A stretch of DNA of 56,657 nucleotides from Bacteroidia bacterium (GTDB lineage Bacteria > Bacteroidota > Bacteroidia > Bacteroidales > VadinHA17). Location: the NCBI GenBank assembly GCA_026391595.1, contig JAPLDY010000152.1:1-56657 (forward strand), in the 5' to 3' direction. Below are positions 30,380-40,164 of this stretch, piece by piece; the stretch's first letter is position 1; each line of letters starts with the position of its first letter. A model generated the notes under the pieces. The model searched no databases and was not told the origin of the DNA. It was given only the letters and a program-made list of their open reading frames with translations. Both the position numbers and the translations under genes were made by a program.

Positions 30380-30922
30380 TTATATTTGATTTGCATCTGC
30401 ATGGGTATGTGATTCATGATGAGCTTTGTGATGAGCCAGGGAGATAACTTTAAGAACGTCAATGTTCTTTTCCCTTGCTGTATGAAACATATGCTTCCTT
30501 ATAATGGTGGATTTTTTTCGCTGAAGATATGATACATCAATAATAAATGAAGTCCCATCCTTGAACATCACCTTTACCTTTCTCTCTTTATGAGGCATCA
30601 CAAGCTTTTTAATTTCTATCCAGAGAAATGTATATTTTTTTGGCCGGAATAAACCATATCTGAATTCTATCTTATCATTATCGATAAGAAAAAAGAGGTC
30701 TTTCCTTTTAATTGTAGATAAGAGTGCAACGGCTCCTATAATTAGCCCAATACCGAACGGCGCAAGGGAAAGGGCAGGTTTGATGGAATGTTTCCCGAAG
30801 ACCGGGCCGGCCATAGCGACATACATTCCGCCAACAAAAAACAGGAAGGTAACGATCCAGATCAATATTTTCCTGCCTTTTGTGAATTCCTCCTCCTCCA
30901 GATTGAAAAAAAGCTTTTCCAT
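30380..30922 (-). CDS. Hypothetical 2-TM membrane protein with His-rich tail
   Basis: Two TM helices, soluble beta-rich region, C-terminal HHKAHHESHTH. Confidence 0.7.
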   Translation of the reverse strand: MEKLFFNLEEEEFTKGRKILIWIVTFLFFVGGMYVAMAGPVFGKHSIKPALSLAPFGIGLIIGAVALLSTIKRKDLFFLIDNDKIEFRYGLFRPKKYTFLWIEIKKLVMPHKERKVKVMFKDGTSFIIDVSYLQRKKSTIIRKHMFHTAREKNIDVLKVISLAHHKAHHESHTHADANQI

Positions 30923-30925
30923 ATA

Positions 30926-31384
30926 CTATTGAGTTATATAGTGCAAATTCTTGTCCTTCAGAATATTCGTGTCGATATTGAATACTGCTGTCACGGATTC
31001 GGTTCCCCTGAGCATTGAAATGATCCTTTCAGTGAAAACTTCATTATCAGGATTATGGATCTGAAATAAATAATCTATATTCTTCAGTTTCCTGATAAGA
31101 TAATTCTTTTCACTACGGTTGGAAATAAGGTCAAATGCCTGTCCCTGAGATGATGATATATCAGAAAATCTGCTAAAGACGATTTCCGTACCTGCATCAT
31201 CAGTTATTGTGAGAGGGCTGATATTTTTAAGAGAAATTTTCAGTTTCCTGTTAAGCGTGAGAGAGAGTTTATAGTCGGGTTCCGCAGAAACAATTCCCAC
31301 CAGTACGGATTCGTTATTCTGATTTATTATAAGCTGTACACGTTTGATTTTCGGACTGCTCCTCATCATTTTACGCGGCATCAA
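30926..31384 (-). CDS. IPExxxVDY-family-like protein
   Basis: DYKL...LN and LIRKLKNIDY motifs; position downstream of rnc. Confidence 0.7.
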   Translation of the reverse strand: MMPRKMMRSSPKIKRVQLIINQNNESVLVGIVSAEPDYKLSLTLNRKLKISLKNISPLTITDDAGTEIVFSRFSDISSSQGQAFDLISNRSEKNYLIRKLKNIDYLFQIHNPDNEVFTERIISMLRGTESVTAVFNIDTNILKDKNLHYITQ

Positions 31385-31413
31385 TCTATAAAGGTAGAAA
31401 AAATTGGAAGATA

Positions 31414-32160
31414 CTAGGCCGAATCTCCCGAAATATCTTTAATCCTTTTCCAAGCCTGGCTTGAAGCTTCCTGTTCAGCCTCTTTCTTGGAAACACCCTG
31501 TCCTTTTCCGAATTCTTCCCTGTCTATAAACAGAGTTGTAGAGAAAACCGAATTTCTGGAAATAAAATCGTATTCTTCGTTATAAGTAAAAATGAGGTTA
31601 GCCTTATGTTTTTGAACCCATTCAAAAACAAGGCTTTTATAATCGGTGTCGGTGTTTACTATCTGTTCCAGATTCAGATATCTGTTAAAGACCTTTTTTA
31701 TGAAGAGCTTTTTAGTCTTACGGAAACCCTTGTCAATGAACACTGCCCCGATCACTGCTTCCAGGGCATCGCCGTACAGATTTTTTGTAGAATGAGAAGA
31801 GCTTACATTACTTATCAGGATCTTATTAATGCCCATTGACACAGAAAGGTTGTTAAGGACATCCCTGTTGACTATCCTTGAGCGTATTTTTGTAAGAAAA
31901 CCCTCACTGGCATCTGGGAATTTTTCGAAAAGGTAATCTGAAAGAATGGCATCCAGTATGGCATCTCCCAGGTATTCAAGTCTTTCGTTATTGATCCTCT
32001 GTCCATCCGGAAGCTTGTAGGAAGCAGATCGGTGAATGAAAGCAATTTCATATAATCTAAGGTTCCCCGGTTTGAAGCCAAGAATCTTGCTTAAACGAGA
32101 TCCGAATTCGCGTTTATCAAGGATATATGTACCGTTGTTTATTAATTTGAATAGAGACAC
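31414..32160 (-). CDS. rnc: Ribonuclease III
   Basis: NERLEYLGDAIL signature, dsRBD with SKKEAEQ. Confidence 0.97.
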   Translation of the reverse strand: MSLFKLINNGTYILDKREFGSRLSKILGFKPGNLRLYEIAFIHRSASYKLPDGQRINNERLEYLGDAILDAILSDYLFEKFPDASEGFLTKIRSRIVNRDVLNNLSVSMGINKILISNVSSSHSTKNLYGDALEAVIGAVFIDKGFRKTKKLFIKKVFNRYLNLEQIVNTDTDYKSLVFEWVQKHKANLIFTYNEEYDFISRNSVFSTTLFIDREEFGKGQGVSKKEAEQEASSQAWKRIKDISGDSA

Positions 32161-33407
32161 TAAAAGTCTGCTTTTTTGAAAATCACAGAAGCATTATGGC
32201 CTCCGAAACCAAAAGTGTTGCTCAGGCCAGCATAGACTTTTCTGTTTTGTGCCTTGTTAATTGTCAGGTTCAGATTCTGGTCAATATCAGGGTCAGGAAC
32301 TTTGAAATTTATTGTTGGAGGAACGATGTCATTGACTATTGCCATTACTGTAGCTATAGCTTCAACTGCTCCTGCTGCGCCCAGCAGGTGTCCGGTCATG
32401 GATTTAGTGGAACTAATGCCAAGTTTATAAGCATGTTCGCCAAATACATCGACAATTGCTTTTGCCTCAGATATATCACCAAGGGGGGTTGATGTGCCAT
32501 GGACATTGATATAATCCAACTCTTCTGGTTTCATGTTTGCATCTTCAAGGGCAAGCTTCATAACGTTACATGCACCCAGCCCTTCCGGATGAGGTGCAGT
32601 GACATGATATGCGTCGGCAGTCATACCGGCACCTACAATCTCTGCATAGATCCTTGCACCTCTTGATCTGGCATGCTCCAATTCTTCAACAATGAGAGCT
32701 CCTGCCCCTTCTGCCAGTACAAATCCGTCGCGTGTTTTGTCGAAAGGCCTTGAAGCCGTTTTGTACTCTTCATTGTTTGTCGAAAGAGCCTGCAATGCGT
32801 TAAAACCTCCTATGCCCGGCTCATTGACACAAGCTTCTGATCCACCGGAGACGAAAATGTCAGCTTTATTCCAGCGGATATAATTGAAAGCATCAATAAG
32901 TGCATTGGTGGAAGAGGCACATGCTGATACCGTAGCAAAATTAGGGCCTCTGAAACCGTATTTGATTGAAATTGTCCCGGCAGCTATATCGCTGATCATT
33001 TTTGGGATGAAGAAGGGGCTGAAGCGTGGTGTTCCGTCTCCCTGAACATGTTGTTTTATTGCCAGAAAAAAGGTTTCAAGCCCTCCAATGCCAGATGCCC
33101 ATATAACACCGACCCGGTCCTTGTTGATTTTTTCAAGATCCAGACCGGAATCTTTAATTGCTTCCGCAGCAGCTACCTGCGCGAACTGGGCATAAGGATC
33201 AAGCTTGTTAGCCTCTTTTCTGTCAAAATAATCTGAAGAGTCGTATCCTTTTACCTCACAAGCGAATTTTGTCTTGAACTTTTCCGGGTTGAACCGGGTG
33301 ATGATCGCGGCTCCGCTGATTCCGTTAATAAGTCCATCCCAGTATGCATGTAAATTATTGCCAATAGGAGTCAAGGCTCCAAGGCCCGTAATTACAACTC
33401 TCCTCAT
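32160..33407 (-). CDS. fabF: 3-oxoacyl-ACP synthase II
   Basis: SACASS, HGTSTPLGD, KSMTGHLLGAAG, NTFGFGGHN. Confidence 0.98.
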   Translation of the reverse strand: MRRVVITGLGALTPIGNNLHAYWDGLINGISGAAIITRFNPEKFKTKFACEVKGYDSSDYFDRKEANKLDPYAQFAQVAAAEAIKDSGLDLEKINKDRVGVIWASGIGGLETFFLAIKQHVQGDGTPRFSPFFIPKMISDIAAGTISIKYGFRGPNFATVSACASSTNALIDAFNYIRWNKADIFVSGGSEACVNEPGIGGFNALQALSTNNEEYKTASRPFDKTRDGFVLAEGAGALIVEELEHARSRGARIYAEIVGAGMTADAYHVTAPHPEGLGACNVMKLALEDANMKPEELDYINVHGTSTPLGDISEAKAIVDVFGEHAYKLGISSTKSMTGHLLGAAGAVEAIATVMAIVNDIVPPTINFKVPDPDIDQNLNLTINKAQNRKVYAGLSNTFGFGGHNASVIFKKADF

Positions 33408-33430
33408 AAATGGGTTATAAGCAATGCAAA

Positions 33431-33667
33431 TTACTTTGCATTTTCCTCGATGTACTTGATAGCATCACCAACAGTGCTGATGGTCTCTGCCTGATCGTCA
33501 GGAATACCGATATTGAATTCTTTTTCAAATTCCATGATCAATTCAACAGTATCAAGAGAGTCTGCACCCAGATCATTCGTGAAACTGGCTTCGGGAGTTA
33601 CTTCTGACTCATCAACTCCAAGTTTGTCAACAATAATCTCTTTTACTCTTGTGGCAATGTCAGACAT
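33431..33667 (-). CDS. acpP: Acyl carrier protein
   Basis: [12 protein letters not shown]. Confidence 0.99.
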   Translation of the reverse strand: MSDIATRVKEIIVDKLGVDESEVTPEASFTNDLGADSLDTVELIMEFEKEFNIGIPDDQAETISTVGDAIKYIEENAK

Positions 33668-33849
33668 AATGATAAATTTTAATTAATAATAAATTTAAAA
33701 CCATGCAAAGAAATATATTTGTACTATATTTTTCAAATGATTTGAGGTTTTTTTATTTGATGCTTGAATTAATTTGTTGAATATAAGCAAAATAAACTTA
33801 TTTTTCAAATAAAAAATCCAATCTGCCCGAGAGTGATAAATATCACATA

Positions 33850-34437
33850 ATGAGAAAAATAGCCATTTTTGCTTCAGGCTCAGGGACCAATGCCGAAAAC
33901 ATAATAAAATACTTTTCGACCCGCAACAGCGCAAAAGTCACTCTCGTTTTGTCGAACAAGCGTGAAGCATACGTATTGCAAAGGGCTGCAACACTGAGTG
34001 TAAAAACGATTTTTTTCGACCGTAATGAATTTTATACCAGCCGAAAAGTTCTTGATTACCTTCTGAAAAGTGATATTGATTTAATTGTCCTGGCGGGATT
34101 TTTATGGCTTGTTCCGGAGGATATACTAGAGGAGTTTAAAGGCCGTATAATTAACATACACCCGGCACTTTTACCAAAATATGGAGGAAAAGAAATGTAT
34201 GGTGAAAAGGTACACAGGGCCGTCATTGCAAATCATGACCGTGAATCGGGGATTTCAATTCATTATGTAAACATGAATTATGATGAAGGTAGCATTATTT
34301 TTCAGGCAAGATGCAGGGTAGATCCATCTGATACTGCAGATACTCTTGCCTCGAAGGTCCATGCACTGGAATATAAGCACTTCCCTGAAGTAATTGAAGA
34401 CCTGATCAGCAAGCTGCCGGATCGATCTAAAATGTAG
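33850..34437 (+). CDS. purN: Phosphoribosylglycinamide formyltransferase
   Basis: FASGSGTN, INIHPALLPKYGG. Confidence 0.96.
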   Translation: MRKIAIFASGSGTNAENIIKYFSTRNSAKVTLVLSNKREAYVLQRAATLSVKTIFFDRNEFYTSRKVLDYLLKSDIDLIVLAGFLWLVPEDILEEFKGRIINIHPALLPKYGGKEMYGEKVHRAVIANHDRESGISIHYVNMNYDEGSIIFQARCRVDPSDTADTLASKVHALEYKHFPEVIEDLISKLPDRSKM

Positions 34438-35677
34438 CAAGCATGCTCAGCACGAGCAATTTATTCTTTTCGAATCTTGACAGGTTCTCCTCTGAAACAG
34501 GTTCAACAGGTGGCGCTTCGACGCTCAGCGGATCGACAGGGGATCCATTCCTGTAAAACCTGAAATCGAGATGCGGACCTGTTGAAAGGCCGCTGCTTCC
34601 TACATAACCAATGATATCTCCCTGCTTAACCTGCGCACCTGCATAAACCCCTTTCCCGAAACCGCTTAGATGAAGATATGCAGTGGAATAGACACTGTTA
34701 TGGGTAATCCTCACAATCCTTCCTGATCCATTCTCAGTTCCGGCAAAAGTCACTTTGCCATCACCGATAGCCTCAACAGGAGTGCCTATGGGTGCCGCAT
34801 AATCTACACCGAAATGAGGCCTTCTGATCCTGAGTATCGGGTGAAGCCGGCCAGAAGAGAACCGGGAACTTATCCTTGAGAACCTAAGAGGAGCTTTGAG
34901 AAATGCCTTCCTCATGCTGTTACCGTCACCATCGAAGAAGGTCTCCTTGCCATCCTGGATGAAAGGTATGGCAGTAATGGTCTTACCAGCCCATGTGAAT
35001 TGCGCTCCATATATTTTGCCTATCCTGAGAGATTCATCATCTATAAATAGCTCTTCGTAGAACACCTTGTAGCTGTCTCCCTTCTGCAGACTGAAAAAAT
35101 CAACGGTCCAGGCAAAAATTTCTGACAATTCACCCGGAAGCTCCGGATGCATGCCTGCCGCCATCATGGATTCCCAGAGAGATGTCTCTATGGTACCTGA
35201 TGAATACCTTATGACCTTCCTGATCTCTTTCCTGTAAGGGGTTATATTCAGCGAGTCGTTGAAGCTGAAGATATAGCTTAAAGTGGGATCATGTTCATAT
35301 ACCAGATACCCGGCTCTTGCAACAGAATCTGTATCGCAGAAAAGGGTATAGTGATTTCCCGACCTGATTTTTCTGACATCAAAGACAGAATCTGAATTTT
35401 TAACTACCTGGTCTATCTCCTGCATGGTAATACCGTGCCCGAGGAGAATTTCCGAAAGAAATCCATTTCGTTTTATGTGCCCCGGAATGAGTGTGAACTG
35501 GTCTGAAGGGATTCCGAGAGTGAGTACCGGTTTCTTGATCTGGACTGCTGCCGTGTCAGTTACAGGTGGCTGTATATTTAAGTTATCCTTCTGAAAGTAC
35601 CTGCATGAAGAGGCTAAAAGCAACAACAATACCGGAATGATGAACTTTGCCCGTGAAAACATTATCGTCCGCATCAA
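34427..35677 (-). CDS. M23 peptidoglycan DD-endopeptidase, probable lipoprotein
   Basis: [21 protein letters not shown] motifs; ASSC lipobox. Confidence 0.9.
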   Translation of the reverse strand: MMRTIMFSRAKFIIPVLLLLLASSCRYFQKDNLNIQPPVTDTAAVQIKKPVLTLGIPSDQFTLIPGHIKRNGFLSEILLGHGITMQEIDQVVKNSDSVFDVRKIRSGNHYTLFCDTDSVARAGYLVYEHDPTLSYIFSFNDSLNITPYRKEIRKVIRYSSGTIETSLWESMMAAGMHPELPGELSEIFAWTVDFFSLQKGDSYKVFYEELFIDDESLRIGKIYGAQFTWAGKTITAIPFIQDGKETFFDGDGNSMRKAFLKAPLRFSRISSRFSSGRLHPILRIRRPHFGVDYAAPIGTPVEAIGDGKVTFAGTENGSGRIVRITHNSVYSTAYLHLSGFGKGVYAGAQVKQGDIIGYVGSSGLSTGPHLDFRFYRNGSPVDPLSVEAPPVEPVSEENLSRFEKNKLLVLSMLATF

Positions 35678-38337
35678 TTTTTAACAACTATGTTCACGAT
35701 CCGGTTGGGAACCACAATTATGTCGGACATTTTTCCGGTTGAGAGCCATTTTTGTGCTCTTTCATCCGCAAGCACTATTCTGGCTATCTCCTCCTTGCCC
35801 ATATTTACGGGCAGCTCTATCTTGAACCTTAGCTTGCCGTTGAATGAAACCGGGTATTCGAAAGTATCCTCTTTAAGATACGTTTCATTTACAACAGGCC
35901 ACGGTTCATAGGCAAGTGTTCTGGCATGTCCCTGTTGCTGCCATAACTCTTCAGCTATATGTGGTGCAAATGGAGATAATATTTTTGTAAAGATATTTAC
36001 AGTCTCTTTTGTGACTTTTCCCTTTTTCATAGCAAGGTTAAGGAAAATCATCATCGCTGAAATTGCAGTGTTGAACCTGAGATTCTCAATATCGCCTTCC
36101 ACCTTCTTTATTGCCTGGTGGAGACCTTTAAGTATTTCAGGATTCTCATCTGCTGCAACAATATTCCCGGGATTCGAGAAGAACCTGTATGTTCTTCCAA
36201 GGAAGTTGAAGACACCTTTCACACCTTTGTCATCCCATGGCTTTGTAACATCAAGCGGACCCATAAACATTTCATATAATCTTAAAGAGTCTGCCCCATA
36301 TCTTAGAACAACATCATCAGGATTGACGACGTTTTTTAGGGATTTCGACATTTTTGCCACTATCTGCCTCACTTCCATACCTGTTTCGCTGTTGTAGAAT
36401 TTGCCGTCGCGTTCCTCAATAATGTCGGCAGCGACTTTTCCACCGGCCTCATTTTCATAGGCAAAAGCGAGGATCATTCCCTGGTTGAAAAGTTTCTTAT
36501 AAGGTTCATCAGTGGAGACGATACCAAGGTCGAACAGCACCATATGCCAGAACCGGCTGTAGAGAAGATGAAGAACAGCATGCTCTGCGCCTCCAATATA
36601 GAGATCCACCGGCATCCAGTATTTTTCCTTTGCAGTATCAAATATCAGCTTATCATTATGAGGATCTATATAACGCAGGTAATACCAGCACGAACCTGCC
36701 CATTGAGGCATTGTGTTCGTTTCACGCCTGCCCCTGCGGCCAGAATTATCTGTCACAGTAAGCCATTCGGTCGCATTTGCCAGCGGAGATTCTCCTGATT
36801 CTCCGGGAAGATATTTTTCAAGCTGAGGCAGTTCAAGAGGAAGCTCTTTTTCATCGATCAGGGATATTTCACCATCTTCCCAGTGGATCACCGGGAATGG
36901 CTCGCCCCAGTATCGCTGTCTGCTGAATAGCCAGTCGCGAAGCTTATAATTTACTTTTTCCCTGCCCAGGTTCGTTGACTCGAGCCATGAAATTATCTTT
37001 GCGATTCCTGTTTCTTTATTCAGACCGTTGATGTCGATGCCGGTCGCCATATCGGATGAATTTATATATGTACCATCTTCTGTCCAGCACTCTTCACCCT
37101 TTAATATTCTCTCTTTCTGATTATGATCAGATACATCAGGATCCTGGATGCAAACGACAGGCAGGTCAAATTTCTTTGCAAATTCAAAGTCGCGGGTGTC
37201 ATGTGCCGGAACAGCCATGATAGCTCCGGTGCCGTAGCCCGTAAGAACATAATCGGCTACCCAAATTTGTAACTTCTTATGATTCACAGGATTAATTGCA
37301 TAGCGTCCGGTAAAGACACCGGTTTTTTCCTTGGCAAGGTCGGTGCGGTCGAGATCTGACTTAAGCGAAGCTGCCTTTATATAGTCATTTACATCTTTCC
37401 TTCTTTCATCAGTGGTTATGGTTACCGTCAGTGAATGTTCCGGAGCGATAACCATATAGGTTGCTCCGAAAAGAGTATCCGGACGAGTTGTAAAAACTGT
37501 CAATTTCTGGTTCAGCCCTTCAACAGCGAAATCGACTTCAGCGCCTGTAGAGCGGCCGATCCAGTTACGCTGCATGTCTTTTATTCCTTCCGGCCAGTCG
37601 ACATTATCAATACCTGACAGGAGTCTTTCGGCATAAAGAGGTATACGCAGCATCCACTGTTTGAGGTTTTTCTTTTCAACCTTGTTGCCGCATTTTTCGT
37701 GCGACCCGTCGAAGAGCACTTCTTCGTTGGCGCATACTATCCTGCAGCTCGGGCACCACCATACCTGGGCATTGTCATAATAGGCAAGCCTTTTTGAGTC
37801 GATGTATTTTGTAACCTCCTTTTTTCCCTGTTTCTTTATTTCCTCCGGGATGATAAACTCTGATATCGGTCTCCCTTTCTGGAGTTTTTCGTCAAACCAG
37901 GTATTGTATAATTTTATAAAGATCCACTGCGTCCATTTATAGTATTTGGGATCGGTTGTGTTGATCTCCCTCTCCCAGTCGTAGCTGAGGCCCAGTTCCT
38001 TTATCTGGCGCCTGAAAGTATCGCAATTGTTTTTTGTTGTGACGGAAGGATGTGTTCCCGTCTGGATAGCGTACTGCTCAGCAGGCAATCCGAATGCGTC
38101 CCAGCCCATGGGGTGCAGCACATTAAAACCCTTCATTCTTTTATACCTGCTGAATATATCGGTTGCCGTATAGCCTTCGGGATGTCCGACATGAAGACCG
38201 GCTCCTGAAGGGTACGGGTACATATCGAGTACATAGCATTTTTTTGGATTAGTCAGGTATTCCGGAGTTCTGAAAGTCTTATTCTCCTCCCAGTATTTCT
38301 GCCATTTTTTCTCGATATCGGTGAAGTTGTATTCCAT
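35674..38337 (-). CDS. leuS: Leucine--tRNA ligase
   Basis: [24 protein letters not shown] editing motif. Confidence 0.99.
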   Translation of the reverse strand: MEYNFTDIEKKWQKYWEENKTFRTPEYLTNPKKCYVLDMYPYPSGAGLHVGHPEGYTATDIFSRYKRMKGFNVLHPMGWDAFGLPAEQYAIQTGTHPSVTTKNNCDTFRRQIKELGLSYDWEREINTTDPKYYKWTQWIFIKLYNTWFDEKLQKGRPISEFIIPEEIKKQGKKEVTKYIDSKRLAYYDNAQVWWCPSCRIVCANEEVLFDGSHEKCGNKVEKKNLKQWMLRIPLYAERLLSGIDNVDWPEGIKDMQRNWIGRSTGAEVDFAVEGLNQKLTVFTTRPDTLFGATYMVIAPEHSLTVTITTDERRKDVNDYIKAASLKSDLDRTDLAKEKTGVFTGRYAINPVNHKKLQIWVADYVLTGYGTGAIMAVPAHDTRDFEFAKKFDLPVVCIQDPDVSDHNQKERILKGEECWTEDGTYINSSDMATGIDINGLNKETGIAKIISWLESTNLGREKVNYKLRDWLFSRQRYWGEPFPVIHWEDGEISLIDEKELPLELPQLEKYLPGESGESPLANATEWLTVTDNSGRRGRRETNTMPQWAGSCWYYLRYIDPHNDKLIFDTAKEKYWMPVDLYIGGAEHAVLHLLYSRFWHMVLFDLGIVSTDEPYKKLFNQGMILAFAYENEAGGKVAADIIEERDGKFYNSETGMEVRQIVAKMSKSLKNVVNPDDVVLRYGADSLRLYEMFMGPLDVTKPWDDKGVKGVFNFLGRTYRFFSNPGNIVAADENPEILKGLHQAIKKVEGDIENLRFNTAISAMMIFLNLAMKKGKVTKETVNIFTKILSPFAPHIAEELWQQQGHARTLAYEPWPVVNETYLKEDTFEYPVSFNGKLRFKIELPVNMGKEEIARIVLADERAQKWLSTGKMSDIIVVPNRIVNIVVKN

Positions 38338-38364
38338 TTTAGGAAGTGTAAATTATTGGTTTAT

Positions 38365-38397
38365 AGAAGACGGAAGACCGAAGACCGAAGACAGAAG
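38365..38397. repeat. Heptamer-built inverted-repeat arm downstream of the four-helix-bundle gene
   Basis: AGAAGACGGAAGACCGAAGACCGAAGACAGAAG. Confidence 0.92.
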
Positions 38398-38461
38398 ATT
38401 GACGAACGAAGTGAGGAAATTCCGCAGAGCGGAACCGAAGAAAGAAGATTTAAGTGGTATA

Positions 38462-38821
38462 TCATTTAATTTTGTTTTTAAATGCAATCATCATATTCAT
38501 TAAATTAAAAGCATACTCATATGATTTATTGAAATCCATTTCGGAAATATAAATTCTCCTGTGTGCTTTGTGTAAACAAGTAACAACCTCGGCAAGTGAC
38601 CGTATTGCAATGCTCATAAATCTTTTTTGTTCAGGATCTGACTGTCCAATAGAACCTTCTGAAATATTTAATGAGATGGAATCAACCGCCCGACGGATTT
38701 GAGAGGTCAGATTATACAACTCATCTTTGGGGAACTGCTTAGATAAAGTAAAAATCGTTTCACCATAATCCATTGATTTATGCCAGATAACAAGATTCTC
38801 AAATTTAAATTTACCATCCAT
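38462..38821 (-). CDS. Four-helix-bundle protein (23S rRNA IVS-protein-like, TIGR02436 type)
   Basis: FENLVIWHKS, FPKDELYNLTSQIRRAVDSISLNISEG, FMSIAIRSLAE. Confidence 0.93.
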   Translation of the reverse strand: MDGKFKFENLVIWHKSMDYGETIFTLSKQFPKDELYNLTSQIRRAVDSISLNISEGSIGQSDPEQKRFMSIAIRSLAEVVTCLHKAHRRIYISEMDFNKSYEYAFNLMNMMIAFKNKIK

Positions 38822-38833
38822 TGTATTAACAAA

Positions 38834-38866
38834 CTTCCGTCTTCGGTCTTCGGTCTTCCATCTTCT
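38834..38866. repeat. Heptamer-built inverted-repeat arm upstream of the four-helix-bundle gene
   Basis: CTTCCGTCTTCGGTCTTCGGTCTTCCATCTTCT; reverse complement matches 38365-38397 at 31/33. Confidence 0.92.
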
Positions 38867-38874
38867 TAAGGCTG

Positions 38875-38931
38875 CGAAATTAGAAAATCTTTAGGAAATA
38901 TTGTAAAACCGCCCTATTGATGTTACTTTTG
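38875..38931. promoter_or_regulatory. Divergent promoters for four-helix-bundle gene/leuS and for tRNA-Arg
   Basis: Minus TAATTTCG at 38875-38882; plus TACTTTTG at 38924-38931. Confidence 0.55.
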
Positions 38932-38941
38932 TTTCATAATT

Positions 38942-39014
38942 GGTCCCGTAGTTCAATGGATAGAATGGCAGATTCCGGTTCTGTTGGTTGAGAGTTCGAA
39001 TCTCTCCGGGATCA
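38942..39014 (+). tRNA. tRNA-Arg (anticodon CCG)
   Basis: GGTCCCG/CGGGATC acceptor, GCAGA-TTCCGGT-TCTGT anticodon arm, GAGAG-TTCGAAT-CTCTC T arm; CCA not encoded. Confidence 0.95.
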
Positions 39015-39024
39015 CATATCATAG

Positions 39025-39058
39025 AAAGCAGCGCTGATAATCAGTGCTGTTTTCTTTA
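39025..39058. terminator. Terminator after tRNA-Arg
   Basis: AAAGCAGCGCTGA-TAA-TCAGTGCTGTTTT. Confidence 0.7.
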
Positions 39059-39117
39059 TAGGGACTTACTTTTATTGTCCGTTCCGGGAGATCGTTTTAT
39101 TCCAGCGGAATTATATT

Positions 39118-39585
39118 TTAATTTTTAATTAATTGTTCTTTATTAGGCCTGGTTGTCAAAACAAGTTCCTTTATTTCTGATGGCAATTGTTCATTTTGCC
39201 ATTTTCTTTCTTCATCTATTGATCTGTTTGCATTTTTAACGGCTTTCAGAGCATACATTGCTGCTCCTAACGAATGATCAGCCATATGGGCTGTGGCTAC
39301 AGCCTGTCCGACGGAACGGGCAACAGCTATTGAAGTCGGATTAAAAGATTTTCTTGCTACTTCGTGAGCATCAACTGAAGCTTTTATGGCGCTACCGACA
39401 GTTGCATTCCCGGCTGCCCAATCTTTTGCAGTAATTAATGCATCTTTCAGCCGTGCTCCCAGATTTTCATCATATAAGAAAAATACATGTTCTGCACATT
39501 TACAAGCCCATTCAATTAATTGTCTGTGATGTTCTTTTATCAGAAGTCCACCCCGGTGTTCTGTTATAAATCTTTTGTCCCGCAT
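39118..39585 (-). CDS. Imm5-like putative immunity protein
   Basis: WACKCAEHV, ARSVGQAVATAHMADHSLGAAMYALKA, ERKWQ; likely start MRDKRF. Confidence 0.75.
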   Translation of the reverse strand: MRDKRFITEHRGGLLIKEHHRQLIEWACKCAEHVFFLYDENLGARLKDALITAKDWAAGNATVGSAIKASVDAHEVARKSFNPTSIAVARSVGQAVATAHMADHSLGAAMYALKAVKNANRSIDEERKWQNEQLPSEIKELVLTTRPNKEQLIKN

Positions 39586-39602
39586 ACTAAAACATGTTCG
39601 AA

Positions 39603-40091
39603 TCACTGCCAATTTCCAGATTGTTTGCCTGTTATTGAGTCTATTCTGAGTTTTAATATTATCATCCGGGAAAGGAGTGATTCATCATAATTCAGTTCCA
39701 TAGCAGCTCCGTATTTAAGCATAATCAGATCTAATCCTCTCTTTTTCGATTCCGGATCGTTTTCAAGAAAGATGGTCCCTTTCCCCATAACAGAACGATA
39801 CACAGTTGTCCAGTTACAAGGAATCTCACTTCTGATAATTTCACATGAATACTCAATCTCGAAGGTTATTCGATTATTCCGCTTTATCAAATCAATTTTC
39901 CTACCGGCCGGAGCAGAATGAATATAGATCAGCCCATTTTCATAGGCATAATTGGTCGGAACAATGTACGCTTCATCTTTATCAACCAATCCGAGTCTGC
40001 ATATCGCAGACTTTTCAAGAATTTCCTGAATTATTCTATTGTCTGTTATCTCTTTATCTTGTCTTCTCATAAATGACGAGGATTTTTTCAT
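39603..40091 (-). CDS. Pyridoxamine 5'-phosphate oxidase/NimA-like flavin-nucleotide-binding protein
   Basis: MRRQDKEI, CRLGL, YIHSA..GRK, YRSVMGKG, ITGK. Confidence 0.85.
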   Translation of the reverse strand: MKKSSSFMRRQDKEITDNRIIQEILEKSAICRLGLVDKDEAYIVPTNYAYENGLIYIHSAPAGRKIDLIKRNNRITFEIEYSCEIIRSEIPCNWTTVYRSVMGKGTIFLENDPESKKRGLDLIMLKYGAAMELNYDESLLSRMIILKLRIDSITGKQSGNWQ

Positions 40092-40164
40092 TTTGCGTCA
40101 CACCAAACTTGCTTTTATTGTTCATGTTTTGGTGCGTTAAATTTTAATGGACTGTTTAGAGTGA

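Noticed and set aside
31414-32160. rnc near the IVS-like cassette as evidence of a functional link
   Set aside because: rnc is in its usual acpP-fabF-rnc position, so the proximity carries no information.
38321-38503. 60-aa ORF containing EDGRPKTEDRR
   Set aside because: It is just a translation of the heptamer arm, antisense to real genes.
38462-38821. Four-helix-bundle gene as the Avd of a diversity-generating retroelement
   Set aside because: No reverse transcriptase and no template/variable repeat pair is visible in the window.
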